A stretch of DNA of 63,434 bases, filler included, from Octopus bimaculoides (Eukaryota): the NCBI RefSeq assembly GCF_001194135.2. It is 6 parts of 6 records of this genome, joined end to end, with 100 filler letters (N's around TTAATTAATTAA, not from the genome) between each part and the next. Parts side by side here need not be neighbours in the genome. Positions count along the whole stretch, not along the records: positions 39,329 to 63,434 come from NC_068991.1; 5 more parts are not named here. One strand, 5' to 3'. Below are positions 50,985-63,285 of this stretch, piece after piece; positions within the stretch are counted from its first letter, which is position 1; each line of letters starts with the position of its first letter. Under the pieces are notes generated by a model. The model had not been told where the DNA came from and ran no database searches. It saw only the letters and a program-made list of their open reading frames with translations. The position numbers and the translations under genes are program-made.

Positions 50985-51520
50985 CAAGTGGCTGTGTGGT
51001 AAGTAGCTTGCTTACCAACCACATGGTTCTGGGTTCAGTCCCACTGTGTGACACCTTGGAAAAGTGTCTTCTACTGTAGCCTCAGGCCGACCAAAACCTT
51101 GTGAGTAGATTTGGTAGACAAAAACTGAAAGGCGGCGAGCTGGCAGAATCGTTAGCACGCCGGGTGAAATGATTAACGGTATTTCGTCTGCTGTTACGTT
51201 CTGAGTTCAAATTCCGCCAAGGTCGATTTTCCCTTTCATCCTTTCAGGGTCAATAAATTAAGTACCAGTTATGCACTGGGATCGATGTAATCGACTTAAT
51301 CCGTTTGTCTGTCCTTCTTTGTCACCTCTATGTTTAGCCACTTGTGGGCAATAAAGAAATAAGAAACTGACAACCAATGCTGGTGTGTTTACATCCCCAT
51401 AACTTAGTGGTTCGGCAAAGGAGACCGAATAAGTCCTTGGGTCGATTTCTTCGACTAAAGGCATTGCTCCAGCATGGCTGCAGTGAAATGACTGAAACAA
51501 ATAAAAGAATAAAAGAATAA
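50985..51520 (+). mobile_element. SINE family A with nested full-length SINE family B (51131-51362)
   Basis: Flanks aaaactgaaa (51121-51130) and gaaactgaca (51363-51372). Confidence 0.9.
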
Positions 51521-52050
51521 ACCAAAATGAGCCTTATATTCCATGCATTTGGTGTTCCATAAAGTAATACTAGTGATTATGCTGAAGATAATCCCTACAA
51601 CAACATTCTTTACCTGCAAATATTAGCTTTGAGCCTCATCAAAATAAATCAATAAAATGAAAACACACTATGTACTTATGTCCATATATACAACGCAATA
51701 TATATATATATATATACATACTGTATATGTAACAAGAAATGTGATTTATGATCTGTTATTGCTGGTAACACCGTACAACTGAATTTTGATGGAACATAAA
51801 TCTAGCTATTAATCCATTATTATGTACAACAACCAGATAAGAATGCATCAGCTATAACTTAATGGCTTCATGAAGTTTACAGATTTTATAGCTAATCACT
51901 GTGATGGTTGAATTTGTAAGCCTAGTTCAGTGTGACTCGAGTTAATAGATTCATCATACCGAAGTGACTAATTCTGTTCAATATTTTAGAGATGAGGAAT
52001 TCTGTGCATTATTTACATTGGACGGATATGTGTCTTCATCTTGTTTGTTG

Positions 52051-52096
52051 TTGCCACGTTTCGGCTGATTTATTCTCCAGTCTTCATCAGGTGTCC
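52051..52096 (-). ncRNA. Degenerate minimal hammerhead motif (HHR-3) in a probable Penelope-like terminal repeat fragment (~51970-52200)
   Basis: GGACAC-CTGATGA-A-GACTG-10 nt-CAGCC-GAAA-CGT-G; position 17 is G and the helix I 3' strand is broken. Confidence 0.65.
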
Positions 52097-52254
52097 TGGA
52101 AGAATTTTGAGCCCAACCCTGGGTTCTCATACCTAAGGTAATTTTTTGCTGATGCTATTATTATTATCTATTCAAGGCACTGCCTGGAATTAATTGCTGA
52201 GATCCCTTTCCGTCATGACTGACATGTACCTTCACAAATAAAAGTGTGCCAAAT

Positions 52255-53930
52255 TAATATTGGTATCAAAATTTTAATACAAGGCCAGCAATTTTGGGGA
52301 GAGGGTAAACTACATCAGCCCCAATGCTCAACTGGCACTTGTTTTATAGACCCCAAAAGAATGAAAAGCAAATATGATCTTGGTGGAATTTGAACTCATA
52401 ACGTAAAGACGGATGGAATGTCACCAAGCATTTTGCCTGGCACACTAACAATTTTGCCATTGCTGCCTTATGCCTTAATATTAGTTTCAAATTTTGACAC
52501 AAGGGCAGCAATTTGATTTGGGNNNNNNNNNNNNNNNNNNNNNNNNNNNNNNNNNNNNNNNNNNNNNNNNNNNNNNNNNNNNNNNNNNNNNNNNNNNNNN
52601 NNNNNNNNNNNNNNNNNNNNNNNNNNNNNNNNNNNNNNNNNNNNNNNNNNNNNNNNNNNNNNNNNNNNNNNNNNNNNNNNNNNNNNNNNNNNNNNNNNNN
52701 NNNNNNNNNNNNNNNNNNNNNNNNNNNNNNNNNNNNNNNNNNNNNNNNNNNNNNNNNNNNNNNNNNNNNNNNNNNNNNNNNNNNNNNNNNNNNNNNNNNN
52801 NNNNNNNNNNNNNNNNNNNNNNNNNNNNNNNNNNNNNNNNNNNNNNNNNNNNNNNNNNNNNNNNNNNNNNNNNNNNNNNNNNNNNNNNNNNNNNNNNNNN
52901 NNNNNNNNNNNNNNNNNNNNNNNNNNNNNNNNNNNNNNNNNNNNNNNNNNNNNNNNNNNNNNNNNNNNNNNNNNNNNNNNNNNNNNNNNNNNNNNNNNNN
53001 NNNNNNNNNNNNNNNNNNNNNNNNNNNNNNNNNNNNNNNNNNNNNNNNNNNNNNNNNNNNNNNNNNNNNNNNNNNNNNNNNNNNNNNNNNNNNNNNNNNN
53101 NNNNNNNNNNNNNNNNNNNNNNNNNNNNNNNNNNNNNNNNNNNNNNNNNNNNNNNNNNNNNNNNNNNNNNNNNNNNNNNNNNNNNNNNNNNNNNNNNNNN
53201 NNNNNNNNNNNNNNNNNNNNNNNNNNNNNNNNNNNNNNNNNNNNNNNNNNNNNNNNNNNNNNNNNNNNNNNNNNNNNNNNNNNNNNNNNNNNNNNNNNNN
53301 NNNNNNNNNNNNNNNNNNNNNNNNNNNNNNNNNNNNNNNNNNNNNNNNNNNNNNNNNNNNNNNNNNNNNNNNNNNNNNNNNNNNNNNNNNNNNNNNNNNN
53401 NNNNNNNNNNNNNNNNNCCCTCGTTCAAACTTGATGTCATCATTAATTTAATGATTGGTAATAAGTATGTTTGTATTTGACATGTCTTTTGTAGTTTTCA
53501 ACAAACACCAGAATTACACAGCAGATGTTAAAAAAAAAAAAAAGAAGAAAGCTATAAACAACTACATAAAAAAAATGTTTTTATTCATTAATCCTGGTAT
53601 TATATAGTCCTTTCATTGCAGATTCACTTTTATTTTATTTCCAAGCAAAAAAAAAAAAAGCATCAGAATAAAAAAATAAAAAATATGCCAGTGGGTTGGC
53701 ATCACAGACATGGTTATTATTGGTTTTAAGTTTTGGCACAATGCCAGCAAGCTTGGAAAGTGGGGTAAGTTGATTACATTGACCCAAATACTCAACTGAT
53801 ATTTATTTTATCAATCCTGAAAGGACAAAAGGTAAAGTCAACTTCGGCAGAATTTGAACCCAGAACTTAATGATGGGCGAAATACTGTTAAACATTTTGC
53901 CCAGCGTGCTAATGATTCTGCCATCTCACT
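52255..53930 (-). mobile_element. SINE family B copies (~52255-52480, 53700-53930)
   Basis: Reverse-complement core and B2 tail on either side of a gap. Confidence 0.7.
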
Positions 53931-54900
53931 GCATTAGACATGGTTATCACTGAGGAGAATGTGGTCAAAGACAAATAGGGTACCTGCACAGTGTTAATGC
54001 AAGTAGAGTGAGAAAGGTGTTGTAAGTTGGGAGTTGAACTTAGAGGGAGAGAGGAAACAAGGAAGACATTAAATCAAAGGATCAAACAATTGTACTTTAA
54101 AAACTTCTTTTTTTCCCCCTTTTATATCCGTGATTCTTGACCATTTTTTACCTATGGATCCCTTTCATTCCTATTTTATTCTGCTGGACCTCAATCGCCA
54201 TTTGATGTATATATAAAAAACTGTATACTATTTTATAACTGAATATTATTATGAATTGTTTAAAAAAAATTGCTTTAAAACGTGGAACCAACACGGGTGC
54301 TTTAAAACGTGACACCAGCACAGGTATTTTAAAAAGTGACACCAGCAAGGGTGGTTTTTACGCAGCAAAGAAGCGAAATAGAATCAGAGCATGTGTTTAT
54401 TATTGGTACATTGACCCTCCCAAGGTGCAACAAAATCTGCTTCAATAAATGAGTTCATACCAAGAATCTTTCAAACCAAACACAAGGACTAATCAATGCA
54501 ATGTTTTTGTTTAATACTTAACATTAAAAGAGATAATTGAAAAAGTAATGAGTGAACTAAATTAAGCAATGGTTTCAGTGATTCTTGTGGAAAACACACT
54601 GAAATAAAATTGTAAATATTTCTAAAAGATAATTACAATGTTTCTTCAATCTTAACGAGAATGATCTAATTTAGAGTATCTATTTCACACCATTATATGA
54701 ATTACTTTTATAATCATACTGTACAGATTGTTTATCAATAATATCAAATATGAAGTAGCCTGGCTGGAGATAAGGTAAAAACAAATTTCCAACAAAGAAT
54801 TTAAATTGTTGTAATCTCTAGATTCAAAATATGAAAGAGACACAAGTTTAAAAAAAGTTATATTGATAAAGGTTGAATGTTGTATGTTACATTACAAAAT

Positions 54901-55241
54901 GGTGAAGGCACATGGCTCAGTGGTTAGAGCGTTGGGCTCACAGTCATGAGGTAGTGAGTTCAATTCCCAGACTGGGCTGTGTGCTGTGTTCTTGAGCAAT
55001 GCACTTTATTTCACATTGCTCCAGTTCACTCAGCTGTAGAAATGAGTTGTGATGTCACTGGTGCCAAGCTGTATTGGCCCCTTTGCCTTTCCCTTGGATA
55101 ACACTGGTGGCATGGAGAGGAGAGGCTGGTATGCATGCATGGGTGACATCTGGTCTTCCATAAACAACCTTGCCTGGATTTGGAGGGTAACTTTCTAAGT
55201 GCAATCCCATGGTTATTCATGACTGAAGCGGGACCTTTACC
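54901..55241 (+). mobile_element. tRNA-derived SINE family D, full length
   Basis: A box TGGCTCAGTGG, B box GAGTTCAATTCCC, then non-tRNA body. Confidence 0.85.
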
Positions 55242-55760
55242 ATTTACATCACAAAATAACAACATCATTGTCATCATTGTCATCATTGTCAACTCCATCA
55301 TTGTCATCTTCATCATCATTATTTAACGTCCTTTTTCCAAACTGGTATGGGTTGGATGGTTTGACAGGATCTGGCATACTGCAGGGCTGCATCAAGCTTC
55401 AAATATCAGCTTTGGCATGGTTTGTGTGATTGGATGCCCTTCCTAATGCTGACTGCTTTACAGAGTGTACTGCATGTCTTTTTGAGGGGTTTTGTGTTGG
55501 TTTTTTTTTGTTACTTTTTGTGCCACCAGCCTGTGTGAGGTCACCAAGTAACATGTAAAACTGAAAGAGAACAAGGAAAACCCTGTTCTTTTTCTGTCTT
55601 GAAAGAGTCTTTTTGGAGTCTTTATGCCAGGTTTTGAAAGGCTGATGCATGATAGAGATCTCTTGCTAAAGTGAAGATATATGGCTATCCCACTGTTTAC
55701 TGTTAAATTAAACTAAAGTAAAAAAAAGAAGAAAAACCAAAAAGCTAACCGACATATAGA

Positions 55761-56100
55761 AGGACCCCCTTTAGTCATGAACGACCATGGGATTGCACCT
55801 AGAAAGTTCACCTCTGAAGTACAAGTCTGGGCAAGATTGTTTATGGAAGATCAGATGTCACCCATGCATGCATACCAGCCTCCCCTCTCCATGCCATTGA
55901 TGTTATCCAAGGGAAAAGCAAAGGCCGATACATCTTGGCACCAGTGATGCAGCAACTCATTTCTACAGCTGAGTGAACAGGAGCAACATGAAATAAAGTG
56001 TCTTGTTTAAGAACACAATATAGAACCCAGTCTGGAAACTGAACTCACTACCTCATGATTGTGAGTCCAATGCTTGAACCACTGAGCCATGCACTTTCAC
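55761..56100 (-). mobile_element. tRNA-derived SINE family D, full length, inverted
   Basis: Collinear reverse complement of 54901-55241. Confidence 0.85.
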
Positions 56101-56989
56101 ATGTATACTATCAAGTCCTGTGTATACTATCTGTAGAAAAGATGGAATACCTTTGATCATCGATCAACAACAGCAACAACAGCAACAGCAGAGCCAGGGT
56201 TTTGAACCTATGCCCTTTGGCTTAAAAGTCAAGCACAGCGTCCTACAAGTTTTGGTTTCATAGACCTGTGGAGGTCTGCTAACTTTGTTTGTGAGATATG
56301 GGAAATGAAAATTTGTTTGAGAGAAATTCCCACAGGGGCAGATATATGAAAGGCCTATATTTTTCTTCTTAATGCAATTTATTTTATATGATTTAGCCAA
56401 TCAATATTAATTATTATTGATTTTTTTTTTCTTTTCAGATTTCAACAGTTTATTATTATATACAGTGGAATATATTTTGATGTTGGGTGAATTAGTTTTA
56501 TGTTTTCTCCTTTATCTGTATCTCTAAAAGAATTAAGTTGGAATTCTCTCAAATCACATTGTGTAAAATAGCTTCAGAGAAAGAGCGAGATCTATAGCAA
56601 TAGGGAACATCCTGAAGTGGAAATAGTGTGGAGGTGGGGAGGGCGGGGAGTTATAAAAAGATTGAGAAATATTGATACAATACAATGATGATACTAATTA
56701 TTGTTGTCACACATAATGATTTAAGAAGAATAGAGTGATATCAAGTATTTAAATAGAGAAAAATAAAGCAGAGAACAAAATGCTTTCAACTTTTATAAGT
56801 GAATGTTATATTTGAAAAGGTAATTACAAATAATATTTTTTAAATGGAATGTAAATATTTAATAAATCACTAAGCTTGAGAAAACAAGGAAAAAACTATA
56901 CACAAAGAATTTATATACATATACATATATATATATAAGACAGAGTGAGAGAGGCATACATATATGTTTATATGTACTTATGTATATGT

Positions 56990-57108
<119 letters not shown>

Positions 57109-57115
57109 TTGATTT

Positions 57116-57232
57116 GGCTCTGAAGAAGATATTATTGTGATGGTTTTTCCTCATATTTTCAGTTGATCAATTGATTGACTGATAAAATTGAACCATGAAC
57201 ACCCAAATGGATATCTGAAACAGCTGTAAGCC
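57116..57232 (+). ncRNA. Type I hammerhead ribozyme with intact core and long helix II (HHR-4)
   Basis: GGCT-CTGAAGA-AGATAT-[78 nt]-ATATCT-GAAA-CAGCTG-T-A-AGCC; palindromic ACAGCTGT helix III, GUA triplet. Confidence 0.8.
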
Positions 57233-57289
57233 TATATTTTGTAAATAAGTGTATATAACCTGTTATTTCTGTCTATTTTATATGTGTGT

Positions 57290-57835
57290 GTGGGTGTGTG
57301 TGTCTATGTGTGTTCCTCACCACCACTTGACAACCGCTGTTGGTATGTTTATGTCCCTGTAACTTAACAGTTCAGCAAGAGAGACTGATAGATTGAGTAC
57401 CAAGCTTATGAAAACAAAAAAAGTCCTGGGGTTGATTCCTTCAACTAAAATTCCTCAAGGCAGTGCCGCTGCATGGCCACAGTCTAATGACTGAAACAAA
57501 TAAAAGATAATAAACATTATAGAAAAATCAACCCCAGGACTTATTCTTTGTAAGTCTGGTACTTATTCTATCAGACCCTTTCGCTGAACCACTAAGTTAT
57601 GGGGATGTAAAGAAACCAACATCGGTTGTCAAGCGATGATGGCGGTACAAACACACACCTACACACACATATACATATGACAAGCTTCTTTCAGTTTCCT
57701 TCTACAAAATCTACTCACAAGGATTAATGGTTGGCCCAAGGCTATAGTATATGACACTTGCCCAAGGTGCCATGCAGTGGGACTGAAACTGGAACCATGA
57801 GGTTTGTAAGCAAGCTACTTACCACACAACCATGT
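57290..57835. mobile_element. Two SINE family A copies tail-to-tail (57290-57515 +, 57524-57835 -)
   Basis: Homology to the family on opposite strands. Confidence 0.85.
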
Positions 57836-58509
57836 CTGAGCCAATAGANNNNNNNNNNNNNNNNNNNNNNNNNNNNNNNNNNNNNNNNNNNNNNNNNNNN
57901 NNNNNNNNNNNNNNNNNNNNNNNNNNNNNNNNNNNNNNNNNNNNNNNNNNNNNNNNNNNNNNNNNNNNNNNNNNNNNNNNNNNNNNNNNNNNNNNNNNNN
58001 NNNNNNNNNNNNNNNNNNNNNNNNNNNNNNNNNNNNNNNNNNNNNNNNNNNNNNNNNNNNNNNNNNNNNNNNNNNNNNNNNNNNNNNNNNNNNNNNNNNN
58101 NNNNNNNNNNNNNNNNNNNNNNNNNNNNNNNNNNNNNNNNNNNNNNNNNNNNNNNNNNNNNNNNNNNNNNNNNNNNNNNNNNNNNNNNNNNNNNNNNNNN
58201 NNNNNNNNNNNNNNNNNNNNNNNNNNNNNNNNNNNNNNNNNNNNNNNNNNNNNNNNNNNNNNNNNNNNNNNNNNNNNNNNNNNNNNNNNNNNNNNNNNNN
58301 NNNNNNNNNNNNNNNNNNNNNNNNNNNNNNNNNNNNNNNNNNNNNNNNNNNNNNNNNNNNNNNNNNNNNNNNNNNNNNNNNNNNNNNNNNNNNNNNNNNN
58401 NNNNNNNNGATAGATAGATAGACAGATAGATAGATAGATAGATAGACAGATAGATAGATAGATACAGAGAGAGAGAGATAAATAGAGAGATGTGTGTGTG
58501 TGCGTGTAC

Positions 58510-58583
<74 letters not shown>

Positions 58584-59371
58584 TTGTGTATGTATGTTTA
58601 AATATGTGTATACTTATATAATTATTACCGCCATTGTTATTGTTGAATCCCTGAAATAGTTGCTGTAAACTATTTTAAGACTTCATTGAATTAGTAGTAG
58701 AGAAAAAAACAAACAAACAAAAAAAAAGGACAAAACAAACAAAGAACTATGACAGCCCCGTCACCAAGACATTGACAAAGGAGAAAAGAGAATTTTTACT
58801 CAGCACGCAATCCAATTTAGGTTGAAAAACAGATCACGCAGGAAGAAAGAACAAACCAAAGAAACGTGCAAAAAGTACTGTCTTAAAAACAAAAACAAAA
58901 AATTCTTGTATTTTTTTTTTAATTTCAGTATGATATTTATTATTATTGTTTTTTATTTCTTATTTTAGAATTTATCGTTCATGTCAAAAAAAGAAAAAGA
59001 AAAAAATGGTAACAGAAGTATGGGTATATCTGTAGAAAAGTGACAATATGGGAGGGAAAGTCTATGGGAAAGGTTTCAGAGCAAATGCGTTATTTAATGT
59101 CTTCGAATGTAAACAAAAGATTTAGTAAAGTAAAAAGTATAAAAAAACAAACAAACAAACACAAAAAAAAAACAGAGATATCCTTGGTGGTTTATATGTT
59201 ATATACACCCACCACAAGTGAGGAAAACATTGCTCATGTATATCTACACACACAAGCAAGCGTATACATATATATATATATATATATACATGCATATATA
59301 TATATATACATGTATATATAGAAATATGTATATATATATATATATTTGTATATATACATGTATATATACAA

Positions 59372-59438
<67 letters not shown>

Positions 59439-59825
59439 TATATATACATATATATGCATGTATGTGTACATATATATACATACACACATATATATGTGTA
59501 TGTATATACATATAAATACACACGCGTGTGTGTGTGTGTGTGTGTGTGTGTGATTGGAGCACTTAAGAGAACATTAAGGTAATAAAAAGTGGATAGATTT
59601 ACAAAGTATACTCAGCAGGGGGCGGGTTGTACCCAATCAAGCTACAAGTGTAAAAGATCAGGCTTTAATTTATCAGCAACACTCCTAGAAAGCCATTTAA
59701 GAATTGCATTTGGTTCGTGCTCATCCCATCCCTCTCTCCATTCTCTATTCCTGTCTCAAATTATTACACATTAACAGTTATATATTGCCATTAATACAGC
59801 TGCATTTCTTCTGGGTTTTTTTTAT

Positions 59826-60180
59826 ATTCTGAGTTTAAATCTCACTAAGATCAGCTTTACCTTTCATCCTTTTCAGTTTGATAAAATAAGATACCAGTCA
59901 ACTACTGGGGACTGATGTAACTGACTATCTTCTGCCCTGAGTTCAAATCTCACCAAGATTGATTTTGTCTTTTGTGCTTTTGGGATGGTTAAAGGTTTGT
60001 TAAAATAAGATACCAGTCAACTACTGGGGGTCGATGTAATTGATTATCATCAGCTCCACGTTCAAATATCACCTAGGTCAACTTTGCCTTTCATCTTTCA
60101 GGGTCAATAAATTAAGTACCAGTTAACTTATGGGGTTGATGTAATCAACTATCCCCCCTTCCCTCTAAAACTGTTGGCGT
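59826..60180 (+). mobile_element. Three tandem SINE-B core modules
   Basis: Each starts at the B box (gagtt(t/c)aaatc) and ends near gatgtaa...actatc. Confidence 0.75.
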
Positions 60181-60939
60181 TGACACTTTATTTCATGTTG
60201 CTCCAGTTCAATCAGCTGACAAAGAAGCATAGTACCTGTATTATCATTGTGTCATGCTGAATCTCCCTGAGAACTACATTGAGGGTATGTGAGTCTGTGG
60301 AGTGCTCAGCCACTTGGACATTAATTTCAAAAACAAGCCATTCTGTTGACTGGATCAACTGGAACCGTCATTGTTGTAAATGACAGAATGCCAGTATTTA
60401 CAGAACACATGATTCAATATACCTGAAATATTTCTGATGTAGATAAATCTACAGTTATTTATTTTGAAAGATGTTGTGGAGATTACAGACAATGTGAAAA
60501 CATTCTATTGTTCTTTTATGTAAACAGAAAAATAATTGAGAACCTTCATACAGATCTGTTTTGATGCTGACAGCTTTATTATCAGAGAAGTTCCAATATA
60601 CTTTGCCTACCCAGAGAAAATATCATCTATTATAATTTAGCATAATCTAAAATATACTATATATAATTTAGATTATATATAGTAATCTAAACTGCTATAT
60701 ATAGTAGGAACTTATAAGAACATAATATGAACAGTCTTCCTTAGCATATAATACGTTAGCTACTTCAGCACTATATATTTATAAAGAACACACCATATAT
60801 CTTGCTGTTACCCCTTCTCACCTTACCCCTGCCTTTGAAGGTTTTGAACCCTCTTCTGATTACCCTATTGCTTATTCCCACCCTGATTGTCCCACCTTCA
60901 TTCCCCCACAAGGCTTATGTACAAGAAGCCACATTGGCC

Positions 60940-61330
60940 CAGCTCATCCCTCTGACTGATACATGCCTATATCAGCAACTCCAACAGTCCGTCTTCATTG
61001 CATTGAACCATCCTTGTGCTTTTGAAATTCCTCCTCTCCAGTGCATCTCCTCTACCCTCTTCACTCTTATCAACTGCCGGCCATCACTCTCCCTCACCTT
61101 ATGTTACTCTTGTAGGGTCCAGCCCACAAGCTCCTACACTAACCCTTATTCACAGGCCTTTTTTAGAACATCATTCCTCTGGGATCGTCTCCCTGCTCAT
61201 GTCTTTCTTGCTGGTGATGAATGACAGCTGTTCAAACAGGCTTTTAATGGCACCAAGATCACTGGTCTTGGAAGAACTGCAAAAGTCATGGACATAGACC
61301 CTGTCTCCAGACTTGGCAAGTAATAATAAG
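60940..61330 (+). pseudogene. CR1/Jockey-like LINE ORF2 C-terminal remnant
   Basis: ..YSQAFFRTSFLWDRLPAHVF..QLFKQ resembles the SFFPRTSRLWNSLP..FK terminus of such RTs. Confidence 0.5.
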
Positions 61331-62041
61331 ATAAGAACTGGGGGACAACTTGGTCACCAAAACCTGTGAGGGCTCTGCAGGTGAATGACCGAAAACAGTA
61401 AAAGAACTTTTCTAGCATATAGGAGTCCACTTTTGTAGGTCATTCCTCTTATTTTTGTATATATATATACACACATACATATGGTATTTTATAAGCTTAA
61501 AGCTTACAAGCAATCACCATGCATTGTCTAAGGAAAAGAATGTAATATTGAGGCATATAAGCCCTTGACAGAAATAAGTAGGGTTGTCCATACACATGGG
61601 ACTTGGACTCACACCTTTATGTTTTTGCATACCACTACACCACTAAAAAAAAAAGCATCCCGCACAGTCTGTAAAGTGGTTGGCATTACGAAGGGCATCC
61701 TGTGGTAGAAATCATGCCGAAACAGACAACACAGCTTGGTGCAGTCTTCTGACTTGCCAGCACCAGTTGAATCATCCGATTTATGCCAGCGTAGAAAAAA
61801 CAAGTATTAAATGATGATAATGATGCTGATGACGATGACAATGATATATACAAAATTTATATATATATATATATNNNNNNNNNNNNNNNNNNNNNNNNNN
61901 NNNNNNNNNNNNNNNNNNNNNNNNNNNNNNNNNNNNNNNNNNNNNNNNNNNNNNNNNNNNNNNNNNNNNNNNNNNNNNNNNNNNNNNNNNNNNNNNNNNN
62001 NNNNNNNNNNNNNNNNNNNNNNNNNNNNNNNNNNNNNNNNN

Positions 62042-62077
<36 letters not shown>

Positions 62078-62850
62078 TGTATATCATAGACCAAAGACAG
62101 ATTGATGGTTGCATAAAATCATGGCAGTTCTAGTTATATGCTGAAAATAAACATATTACACCTATGGTGTCAATAAATGCATAAAAGTAATAAAACACAT
62201 ACACACACACACACATACATACATACAAACATATACATACACACATACAGTCGAGTCAGCATACAACCCTTCTGTTTGTATACGCCTTCTTTTAGAATCT
62301 ATATAGCAGACTAGATATAAGCTAGCACATTCTCCAAGAAGTCTATACTTTCCGAGCAGTGTTATTGATATATTGGCTCTGCATTTCATGCTACGCTGTT
62401 CCTTTCTAAGCCACAATTATTGACAGGTACATTGTTTGAGGGGAATTTATTTTCCTTCAAACTTCATAGTTTAGCCAGACAATTCTATTACGATAATAGT
62501 TCAGATTTTTTATTGTTTACCAACATTGAATAAAATAAACAAATAAATAAAAGAGATTGGCATTTTATTTTTATTTCATTTATTTTATTTACTTTTGCTT
62601 TTATTTTTATTTTTTGTTCTTTTCTTTTTTTGTTTCCAATGTTTGCTTTTTCAGTTTTTCTTCATTTCCTTATCAAACAGAACCAATATTTTATTAATTA
62701 ATCGTTAAAAATGGAAAAATATTTACAGGAAATATTATCCAAAAATTCTAAAACAATGAATGCACTATGAAAAATTCAACTTAATTCAAAACTCATTCTA
62801 GCTTGTAAATACTGTTCTTATCTTGAATCTACAAACCATATATACATATA

Positions 62851-63285
62851 CAGGATGCGATGGGTAAATTGTCACCAGTTTATATTTTTTCATTTCGTGC
62901 ATGCACCTTGTTTGTTTCTGAGTTTGTCAATAACACAGTAGGGTCAGTGAGAAAAACAGCACCATGACACAATTCACTCTGCCAGAAATTTGGAAACGAC
63001 ATGTTTTACTGCTTGGCATTCACACTGGAAGTTCCAATACAAACAGATAGTGAACACACAGAACAACTATTGGCTTACTGTGTTCCAAAAACATGTGCCA
63101 AGAGTGATAAAAATCAAACATCCAGTCAACATCATGGAGTGATCACTAATGATGGTGACGTTATGCCTCCATTCATCTTCCCACATGGCCTCAAACTCAA
63201 CATGGAGGCCTACTTCAAGTATCTGGAGGAGGTAGTGCTGCCCTGGGTCAAGAGGGTGACTGCTGGAAGACCCTATGTCTGGTGG
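62851..63285 (+). mobile_element. Tc1-like transposon, internally deleted
   Basis: TA|CAGGATGCG end; N-terminal MTQFTLPEIWKRHVLLLGI fused to GVITNDGDVMPPFIFPHGLKLN..LPWVKRVTAGRPYVW. Confidence 0.85.

Noticed and set aside
54271-54351. Short regularly spaced repeats as a possible CRISPR array
   Set aside because: Units are contiguous with no unique spacers; eukaryotic context.
54907-54975. tRNA-like sequence with A and B boxes
   Set aside because: No complete acceptor stem; continues into a repeated body; SINE head.
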